From contig JAOACZ010000101.1 of NCBI GenBank assembly GCA_026417575.1, positions 48 to 64,047 of the forward strand: 64,000 bases of DNA, in the 5' to 3' direction. Below are positions 57,389 through 64,000 of the stretch, piece after piece (position 1 is the first letter of the stretch; each line of letters starts with the position of its first letter). Below the pieces are notes generated by a model. It saw only the letters and a program-made list of their open reading frames with translations. It was not told where the DNA came from and did not search any database. The translations under genes and the position numbers were made by a program. The stretch is from a bacterium. Lineage in GTDB: Bacteria > Auribacterota > UBA3054 > JAPLST01.

Positions 57389-57417
57389 AGTATACACAAT
57401 CCCTCCAAAAATTGCAA
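57389..57417 (-). promoter_or_regulatory. sigma70-type promoter candidate for rpsA (TTGCAA-N17-TATACT), about 150-nt leader
   Basis: On the minus strand: TTGCAA (57417-57412), 17-nt spacer, TATACT (57394-57389). No SD before the rpsA ATG. Confidence 0.5.
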
Positions 57418-57672
57418 CTCGCGCTGCGTAGTTCCAGCGACGAACTTCGCTTTGCGTCAACCTCCCGCAGCGTTCGCGAGTAGAAACACAGTTTCCGTCA
57501 CGCCTCCCTGTCTACGTGCGGGCTGCGGTTAGCATAACGGGCGGCTATAGCGTTCCCGTCGCAACCATAAATCGCATGGCTGGCAAAAAGCTATCTGACT
57601 TGCGCGGCTCATACCATGCCGCGGGCTCATCGTTCCACTGTGCTAGTCGCTACATCGCGCACTCTTAAGTAT

Positions 57673-57701
57673 TTGACAGCATGTGCACTTCCTGCTACAA
57701 T
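57673..57701 (+). promoter_or_regulatory. sigma70-consensus promoter candidate for guaA (TTGACA-N17-TACAAT)
   Basis: TTGACA 57673-57678, TACAAT 57696-57701, about 85-nt leader. Confidence 0.6.
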
Positions 57702-57790
57702 AGCCAGCGCGGCACAGCATCGCCACGCGACAGGCGAGCGTGCGTGGGATCGGGGCTGGGCCGGCAGAGCCACGTCCATACGCCAGCACA

Positions 57791-59329
57791 ATGCCTGAAC
57801 GCATTGTTATTATTGACTTTGGATCGCAGTATGTGCAGCTGATCGCGCGGCGCGTGCGTGAGCAGCACGTGTTCTGCACGATTGAGCCGCCGACCATCAG
57901 TGCCGCGGAACTGCGCGCCCACCGGCCGAAGGGGATTATTTTATCGGGCGGGCCGGCCAGTGTATACGCACCAGGGGCACCGCAACTCGATCCTAGCCTC
58001 CTGGGGCTGGGCGTGCCCATCCTTGGCATCTGTTACGGCATGCAGTTGCTGGCACAGATGTTGGGGGGAAGTGTCGGCCCAGGCACAAGGCGTGAGTACG
58101 GCCGCACCCGTCTTGATGTGCATACCCCCAACCGCCTCTGCCGCGGTATCCCACGCCGCAGCATCGTATGGATGAGTCATGGGGACAAAGTGACTGCACT
58201 ACCGCCCGGCTTTCATGCGCTTGCTCATTCCCCAGGCGCGGAATACGCCGTCATGGGTGACGACACTCGCCGCATTTACGGCGTCCAGTTTCATCCCGAA
58301 GTGGCCCATACCGTCTATGGCCGGGAATTTTTGCATAATTTCTTATTTGCGATTTGCGGGTGCACCGGTGATTGGACCATGCGATCCTTCGTGCGCCACC
58401 AAATCCACGCCATCCGCGCGCAGGTTGGCGACAAACATGTGATTTGCGGCCTCTCCGGCGGCGTCGACTCATCCGTGGTGGCGTGTCTGCTGCACAAAGC
58501 CATTGGTGATCAGCTCACCTGTATCTTCGTGGACAACGGCCTCTTGCGCAAGAACGAGGTAGAGGACGTCGTTCGGACGTTCCATGATCACTATCACATC
58601 CCGCTGCGCGTGGCCCGGGACGGGCCTGTCTTTTTGCGTGCCTTGCGCGGGGTCACCGATCCGGAGCGTAAACGCAAAATCATCGGGCGCGAGTTTATCC
58701 GTTCTTTCGAACGCGAGGCGCGCGCGTGCGGGCCTGTGGAATTCCTCGCCCAAGGAACGCTCTACCCCGATGTGATTGAAAGCCGCTCTGCTTTTGGCGG
58801 ACCCTCCGCCACGATCAAAACCCATCACAACGTGGGCGGCTTACCAAAAGATTTGAAGTTTAAGCTTATTGAGCCCTTACGCGACCTCTTTAAAGATGAA
58901 GTGCGCGCGGTGGGGCGCGAGCTCGGGCTGCCAGAATCCGTGGTGGGGCGCCACCCCTTCCCCGGGCCTGGACTGGCGGTGCGTGTGCTTGGTGAGGTCA
59001 CCGAGCCACGCTTGGCTATCTTGCGGGAAGCGGACGCCATATTCATTGACATTCTGCGCCAGCGCGGCTGGTACGACCGCGTGTGGCAAGCTTTCGCAGT
59101 ACTCTTGCCAGTGCACACCGTCGGCGTCATGGGCGATGAACGCACCTATGAAAACGTTATTGCCTTGCGCGCAGTCACCTCGGTTGACGGTATGACGGCC
59201 GACTGGGCACCCCTGCCACACGCGCTACTCGGCTATGCCGCTACGCGCATCATTAACGAGGTGAAAGGAGTGAATCGTGTGGTGTATGACATCTCATCTA
59301 AACCCCCGAGCACAATCGAATGGGAATAA
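57791..59329 (+). CDS. guaA: GMP synthase (glutamine-hydrolysing)
   Basis: Internal [27 protein letters not shown]...GICYGMQ...[11 protein letters not shown]...[12 protein letters not shown]. Confidence 0.93.
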   Translation: MPERIVIIDFGSQYVQLIARRVREQHVFCTIEPPTISAAELRAHRPKGIILSGGPASVYAPGAPQLDPSLLGLGVPILGICYGMQLLAQMLGGSVGPGTRREYGRTRLDVHTPNRLCRGIPRRSIVWMSHGDKVTALPPGFHALAHSPGAEYAVMGDDTRRIYGVQFHPEVAHTVYGREFLHNFLFAICGCTGDWTMRSFVRHQIHAIRAQVGDKHVICGLSGGVDSSVVACLLHKAIGDQLTCIFVDNGLLRKNEVEDVVRTFHDHYHIPLRVARDGPVFLRALRGVTDPERKRKIIGREFIRSFEREARACGPVEFLAQGTLYPDVIESRSAFGGPSATIKTHHNVGGLPKDLKFKLIEPLRDLFKDEVRAVGRELGLPESVVGRHPFPGPGLAVRVLGEVTEPRLAILREADAIFIDILRQRGWYDRVWQAFAVLLPVHTVGVMGDERTYENVIALRAVTSVDGMTADWAPLPHALLGYAATRIINEVKGVNRVVYDISSKPPSTIEWE

Positions 59330-59344
59330 GCGAGGAGGTGATGC

Positions 59345-59746
59345 ATGGTGAAAAAAATCTATCTCAGCGGACCAATCATGGATGAGCACGAAGGCGTGGC
59401 GCGCGAGTGGCGCGAAACGGCGAAGCGCCTCCTCGGCGACAAATTCTTCCTGCTTGACCCGATGCGCCGCAACTTCAAAGATCGCGAAGTAGATAGCGCC
59501 AACGAGATCGTCCGTTTCGATCTCCAGGACGTGGAAGATGCGGATCTCATCCTCGTCAACTACAACAAGCCGAGCATCGGTACGGCCATGGAAGTGTTTC
59601 ATGCATCACACAACTTGGGCAAGTTTGTTGTCGCATTCTCACCTTTCTCCTTCGCCGATTGTAGCCCGTGGATGGTCAAGTACTGCACCAAGATCTTGCC
59701 AACTCTGGAAGACGCGTGTGAATACATCAAGCGTCACTTCACCTGA
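59345..59746 (+). CDS. Nucleoside 2-deoxyribosyltransferase-like (Rcl/NDT fold) small protein
   Basis: 133 aa. KIYLSGPI...DADLILVNYNKPSIGTAMEVFHA (G-T-x-x-E). GAGGAGG RBS upstream. Confidence 0.55.
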   Translation: MVKKIYLSGPIMDEHEGVAREWRETAKRLLGDKFFLLDPMRRNFKDREVDSANEIVRFDLQDVEDADLILVNYNKPSIGTAMEVFHASHNLGKFVVAFSPFSFADCSPWMVKYCTKILPTLEDACEYIKRHFT

Positions 59747-59875
59747 AAAAGCCCTGTTGCGCAGCGACTCCCCTCTCCACCCGGCCTCTTCGCGCGTCCC
59801 CCATTTCTGCCCACAGCACACGCAGAATGTCGTTCCCGCGTTTTCACCCGACGGTTATCCTCGCCCAGGAATGCT

Positions 59876-60613
59876 ATGATGAAAGGGATTATCCTAGCCG
59901 GCGGTGCCGGTACGCGTCTTCATCCGCTGACGAAAATCACCAGCAAGCAATTATTGCCGGTGTACGATCGCCCCATGATCTACTACCCTCTGCAAACACT
60001 CTTGGATGCCGGCATTCGTGAAATTCTTATCATCGTCGCGCCTGACCGCGCCGGCGACTTTTTGCGCTTGCTAGGCTCTGGCAAAGAATTCGGGGCAAAA
60101 TTTACCTACGAAATTCAAGACCGGCCCGAAGGCCTTGCCCAAGCTTTCCTCATCGGCAAGACCTTCATCGGCGACGACAATGTCACGATGATTTTGGGCG
60201 ACAATATCTTCCTGGGGAACGAAACCTTCTTGCTCAACGCCATTACCACCTTTGCTGGCGGTGCGCGCGTCTTTGCGAAGGAAGTCCCCGATCCAGAGCG
60301 CTTCGGCGTGGTTGAATTTGACGCACACATGCGCGTGGTCTCCATCGAAGAAAAACCCCGTGTGCCCAAAAGCAGGTATGCCGTCACCGGCCTGTATGTG
60401 TACGACAACACTGTCGTGGAGCGTGCAGCCGCGCTGAAGCCCTCTGCACGCGGCGAGCTCGAAATAACAGACTTGAACAACGCGTACCTTCGTGACCACC
60501 AACTGGAAGTCTGCCTGTACGACGGCTTTTGGCTCGATACGGGCACCTTCGATACATTGCTCGACGCCGGCATCACGGTGCGCGAGTTTCGCCGCGCCCA
60601 AACGCGCTCCTGA
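59876..60613 (+). CDS. Sugar-phosphate nucleotidyltransferase, glucose-1-phosphate thymidylyltransferase-like (short form)
   Basis: 245 aa. [53 protein letters not shown]...GLAQAF..G..FIGDD. Confidence 0.8.
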   Translation: MMKGIILAGGAGTRLHPLTKITSKQLLPVYDRPMIYYPLQTLLDAGIREILIIVAPDRAGDFLRLLGSGKEFGAKFTYEIQDRPEGLAQAFLIGKTFIGDDNVTMILGDNIFLGNETFLLNAITTFAGGARVFAKEVPDPERFGVVEFDAHMRVVSIEEKPRVPKSRYAVTGLYVYDNTVVERAAALKPSARGELEITDLNNAYLRDHQLEVCLYDGFWLDTGTFDTLLDAGITVREFRRAQTRS

Positions 60614-61320
60614 TGCTGATCCGCGCCGATTTTCACATCCACTCCTCGGACGACCCCCTCGATAACCTCCCCCACTCCGCGGAAGACATCGTCCGCCGCG
60701 CCGCCACCTGTGGCATCCATTGCCTCGCTATCACCAATCACCTACGCTTCACCTGGCCCCCAGACGCCGCCGCGCTCGCCCAACAGCTTGGCGTGCTGCT
60801 CATTCCCGCCATTGAAGTGCGGATCGAACATGCCGACGTTATCATCCTCAACGCCGATCCTCATGCCGAGACTCTGCGCACCTTCGCCGATCTCCGCTCC
60901 TACCGTGCCCCCCATCGCTGCGTGATTGCACCTCACCCTTTCTATCCTCTCACCCACTCCGTGCATCACGCCCTCGAACAATATCACGACCTCTTCGATG
61001 CCGTGGAATTGTCCCCCTTTTTCCTGCCCTGGTTTGACGGCTTCAATGCACGCGCGCGACGCGTGGCCCAGAGGTACGGCCTGCCCCTTGTGTGCAACAC
61101 GGATGCCCATAACCTCTGGCAGCTCGGCACAAGTTGGACCGAGCTCGACGTAGCAGAGTTGAGCGTGACCGCGGTCATCGACGCCATTCGCGCCGGGCGT
61201 TGTCGCCCCGTGTGCCGGCGCGTGCCGTTGTGGCGGATCGCGTGGTTCTGGCTGTGTGGCACGGTGCGCTGGCGCCTGCGCGAAGCGCGTCAGTGGTACC
61301 AGCGCGTGTGCCAGAAGTAG
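60613..61320 (+). CDS. PHP-domain metal-dependent phosphoesterase
   Basis: TGATG-coupled start. [15 protein letters not shown]...GIHCLAITNH...NTDAHNLWQLG. Confidence 0.7.
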   Translation: MLIRADFHIHSSDDPLDNLPHSAEDIVRRAATCGIHCLAITNHLRFTWPPDAAALAQQLGVLLIPAIEVRIEHADVIILNADPHAETLRTFADLRSYRAPHRCVIAPHPFYPLTHSVHHALEQYHDLFDAVELSPFFLPWFDGFNARARRVAQRYGLPLVCNTDAHNLWQLGTSWTELDVAELSVTAVIDAIRAGRCRPVCRRVPLWRIAWFWLCGTVRWRLREARQWYQRVCQK

Positions 61321-61653
61321 GCTGTCGTGGGCTCCGCCTGATGTGCGTACCTTTCACCTCCCTGTTCCGCATCCCCTCCCGTTCTGCCTCCTCATTTTCG
61401 TTCTTTTGCACGCGCATCCGCATCGTTTACCGTTCGGACAGATACCAACTTCTTCAATTCCCCCCGATCAGGTGGCTTCAGGTGAAGTGTCTCTGCCATG
61501 GGCGATCGCTTACCGCTCACACGAGGCTCAACTGCGCAGAACATTCCTTGTCACCGCGGTGATGTTTGTGTGCCTGACCGCACTCCTCTGGCGATCTTGC
61601 CTGGCATCAGCCAGCCCGCGCGTTGAACGGCCGCAATTCATACTGGCGACGGT

Positions 61654-61682
61654 TTGACAAATGAACGAGGGGTTGCTATAAT
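61654..61682 (+). promoter_or_regulatory. sigma70-consensus promoter (TTGACA-N17-TATAAT) of the nusA-infB operon
   Basis: TTGACA 61654-61659, 17-nt spacer, TATAAT 61677-61682. Confidence 0.65.
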
Positions 61683-61706
61683 TGCTCTGTAAGTGTGGCA
61701 CTACGC

Positions 61707-61734
61707 GAAGTGGGTCACAGCCCGCTTCTTTTTT
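61707..61734 (+). terminator. Intrinsic-terminator-like hairpin plus T6 in the nusA leader (candidate attenuator)
   Basis: GAAGTGGG-tcacag-CCCGCTTC (8 bp including one G-U pair) followed by TTTTTT. About 20 nt after the predicted TSS and 79 nt before the nusA ATG. Confidence 0.5.
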
Positions 61735-61812
61735 GTCTTAGGGCCACGCACCGCCAGGGCGCAGCGTTATGGCGCATCAGGTAGCGGATAAGGATGAGGA
61801 GCATCGGATGGC

Positions 61813-63381
61813 ATGAAAGGTGAATTGCTTTCAATGATCGAATTCCTGGAGAAGGATCGCGGGCTCGAGCGGGGGACCGTGATGGAAGCCGTCGAGCAGG
61901 CGATTGAGGCTGCTGCGCGGAAGATTGAGGGATTGCCGCCGGGAATTAGGGCAAAGATCGACCCGCAGACCGGTGAGATCCAGGCCTGGAGCGAAGTCCT
62001 CGTAGTGCCCGATCCTGCGCCAAAGGGCGAGGAAGTCGCGGATGAAGCAGCGTCTTCCGCCACAGAAGGGGCCGAAAGTGGTGCCCCAGCCGCGCAGGCA
62101 GCTCCAGCGGAAGTGCCCGAGCGCCACTCGCGGAAACGAGCCATCTTCACGGCTCCTGGCAGTGAGGAACATCCTGCCGGCCCACCGCCTTGGCCGCTCT
62201 CCAAAGTACGCAAGTTTGTACGCGATGCCCAGCCGGGTATGATCGTGCGCGTCGCGCTGGACATGGAAGAATTTGGCCGCATCGCAGCTCAAACAGCGAA
62301 ACAAGTGATCATCCAGCGTATCCGCGAGGCAGAACGGATAAAAATCTTGACGGAATACACCCAGCAGATTGGCGACCTGGTTCTTGGGACTGTATCGCGC
62401 TTTGAGCGTGGCAATCTCATTGTGGACATCGGGAAGACAGAGGCCCTGCTGCCGAAGCACGAGCAGAGCCCGTTGGAACGCTACCGACCGGGCGATCGCT
62501 TGCGTGCCTTGGTGCTGGATGTGCGTGACACGGAGGAAGGGCGCGTACCACGGGTGATCTTGTCCCGTGCCAACCCGGGGCTGATCCGTCGCTTGTTCGA
62601 AATTGAGGTGCCCGAGATCTATGACGGGATTGTAGAAATTAAGTCCATCGCGCGCGAACCAGGTTTCCGTACCAAAGTCGCTGTCGTCTCCCACGACGCC
62701 AAAATCGATCCGGTGGGTGCGTGTGTGGGCATGCGTGGCGTCCGGGTCAAGAACATTGTCCAAGAAATTGGCAACGAAAAGATTGACATTGTGCGCTGGT
62801 CGGACAACATTGAAGAATTTGTCGCCAACGCGTTGCAGCCCGTGGAGATTGTGCGTACGTTCGCAGATCCCGATACCGAGCGCATATTGGTCGTCGTCCC
62901 TGATGATCAGCTCACCTTGGCGGTTGGTCGCAATGGTCAGAATATCCGCTTAACCAGCAAGTTGACTGGCTGGCGCGTGGACGTGGTGCGCCAAAGCGAG
63001 GCCGACCGGGTGGCACGCGAACATGGCATTGAGTTGGCACCCACACCACAGACAAAAGTTTTCAATGTCTTCGGCGAGCCGGCGGAACGTAAGACGACCA
63101 CGGTCCTCCCCTCCTCACCTCGTGAACGCGCCGCGAGCATCTTCCGCGAACTGACCCCCGAAGAACGCGCAGCAGCCAACGTCCCACCCCTCCCCCTCAC
63201 CGACGTAGCCGGCATCACGCCACACCAGGTGGAAGTGTTAGCCGCTGGCGGTATCACCACACTCCAAGCCTTGCTCGCCACGCCTCGTGAACGCTTGCTG
63301 GATCTGCCTGGGATCGGGGAGAAGACCCTTGAAAAAATAATGGAAGCTGCCCACGCCGCGCTCGCGGCCAGTAGCTCGTAA
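61813..63381 (+). CDS. nusA: Transcription termination/antitermination factor NusA
   Basis: 522 aa. FGRIAAQTAKQVIIQRIREAER, S1 domain (GDLVLGTVSRFERGNLIVDIG), KH domains (IDPVGACVGMRGVRVKNIVQEIGNEKIDIV; AVGRNGQNIRLTSKLTGWRVDV), C-terminal HhH. Confidence 0.93.
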   Translation: MKGELLSMIEFLEKDRGLERGTVMEAVEQAIEAAARKIEGLPPGIRAKIDPQTGEIQAWSEVLVVPDPAPKGEEVADEAASSATEGAESGAPAAQAAPAEVPERHSRKRAIFTAPGSEEHPAGPPPWPLSKVRKFVRDAQPGMIVRVALDMEEFGRIAAQTAKQVIIQRIREAERIKILTEYTQQIGDLVLGTVSRFERGNLIVDIGKTEALLPKHEQSPLERYRPGDRLRALVLDVRDTEEGRVPRVILSRANPGLIRRLFEIEVPEIYDGIVEIKSIAREPGFRTKVAVVSHDAKIDPVGACVGMRGVRVKNIVQEIGNEKIDIVRWSDNIEEFVANALQPVEIVRTFADPDTERILVVVPDDQLTLAVGRNGQNIRLTSKLTGWRVDVVRQSEADRVAREHGIELAPTPQTKVFNVFGEPAERKTTTVLPSSPRERAASIFRELTPEERAAANVPPLPLTDVAGITPHQVEVLAAGGITTLQALLATPRERLLDLPGIGEKTLEKIMEAAHAALAASSS

Positions 63382-63402
63382 CCAGCACATGATAGCCTGC
63401 GC

Positions 63403-64000
63403 ATGCGTCTGTTTGAACTGGCAGAGGATTTAAAAATTAAGCCCACGAATCAGAAACTCAAGGAGTTTCTGAAAAGCAAGGGAGTGATGGTAAAGGACGG
63501 CAATGACCCCGTGCCGGACTGGGCTTACAAAGCTGTGATGGAAGAATTTAAGCCGCGGCTGGCCGTGGAGGAAGCGCAGCGCAAGGAAAAGGAGAAAGAA
63601 CGCCATAAACGGGAAAGCGAACGGCGCGCCCAAAAACGGAAAGAGGAACAAGCCCTGCGCAAACAGCAGGAAGCGGAGGAGAAAAAGCGGCAAGCGGAAG
63701 AAGCCAAGCGGGCCCGTGAAGAACAAAAGCGCTTGGCTGCCGAAGCAAAGCGCAAAGCGAAGGAAGAACAGCAGGCCGCAAAGCAACGCGCCGCAGAGGA
63801 GAAAAAGAAACAGGTTGCAAAGGGAAAGAAGCGCGCCCCTGCTGAAGAAGCCGCGCCCGCAGTGGTCACAACGGAAACACAGATTACCGTGGCCGCAGAG
63901 GCACCCGCTGCGCCGAGTACCGCCCCCGCTCACATACCGTCAGCCCCAGTCGAGACCACCCCAAGCCCTGCCGTTGCTGTAGAACAACCTACCGCGCCTG
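63403..64000 (+). CDS. infB: Translation initiation factor IF-2, N-terminal part (continues beyond the window)
   Basis: Own translation; not in the track because there is no stop. MRLFELAEDLKIKPTNQKLKEFLKSKGVMVKDGNDPV... is followed by a Lys/Glu/Ala/Arg-rich region, the typical IF-2 N-terminus, directly after nusA. Confidence 0.8.
   Translation, partial: MRLFELAEDLKIKPTNQKLKEFLKSKGVMVKDGNDPVPDWAYKAVMEEFKPRLAVEEAQRKEKEKERHKRESERRAQKRKEEQALRKQQEAEEKKRQAEEAKRAREEQKRLAAEAKRKAKEEQQAAKQRAAEEKKKQVAKGKKRAPAEEAAPAVVTTETQITVAAEAPAAPSTAPAHIPSAPVETTPSPAVAVEQPTAP

Noticed and set aside
63430-63933. Several overlapping minus-strand ORFs (63430-63933, 63525-63869, 63548-63820) with Phe/Leu/Cys/Ala-rich repeats.
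   Set aside because: They are antisense shadows of the Lys/Glu/Ala/Arg-rich low-complexity N-terminal region of IF-2 on the plus strand.
1-64000. Search for CRISPR arrays, IS elements, integrases, phage or toxin-antitoxin modules, and known defence-system hallmarks.
   Set aside because: No regularly spaced direct repeats, transposase or integrase motifs, or nuclease/helicase/ATPase defence-type ORFs were recognised. The three mosaic repeats lack terminal inverted repeats and coding capacity.

Overview
GC-rich (about 60% by eye), gene-dense bacterial chromosomal segment. I saw no rRNA, CRISPR array, transposase, integrase or phage genes.

**Core genes.** Most of the window is housekeeping: gcvH-gcvPA-gcvPB (no gcvT), holA, apbE, argJ, proS, dapB, aroB, rpsA, guaA and nusA-infB. 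There are four tRNA genes, all with an encoded CCA: Ser-CGA, Pro-TGG, Thr-CGT and Asp-GTC.

**Polysaccharide loci.** There are two. The first (1-3585) has a Wzy-like protein, a polyprenyl-phosphate sugar transferase and a flippase-like protein. The second (26462-34523) has a GT9 glycosyltransferase, UDP-xylose synthase, a nucleotide-sugar dehydrogenase, a J-domain protein, a Wzx flippase and a DUF362 protein.

**Other content.** An ArsR-CDF metal efflux pair and several sigma70-consensus promoters, two of which predict leaderless mRNAs.

**Most unusual content:**
1. A tandem pair of ~1370-aa GspK-like 'giant minor pseudopilins' (10186-18403). Each has a ~1000-aa insert that includes a lamin-tail-like segment. 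No secretion or pilus machinery lies nearby.
2. A four-gene, translationally coupled redox operon of unknown function (47892-52594). It encodes a Tat-exported aldo/keto reductase with a 4Fe-4S domain, an anchored hypothetical protein, a Tat-exported DUF362 protein and a NapH/NapG-like fused polyferredoxin.
3. A 300-550 bp hairpin-rich mosaic intergenic repeat present three times in the same orientation. Two copies bracket a two-component system plus a 1152-aa multi-beta-sandwich lipoprotein cassette.

Taxonomy cannot be determined from this window. The exosortase-associated-like small protein and the pseudopilin-like giants give only a weak PVC/Verrucomicrobia-like flavour. All functional calls come from motif recognition by eye, not from database searches.
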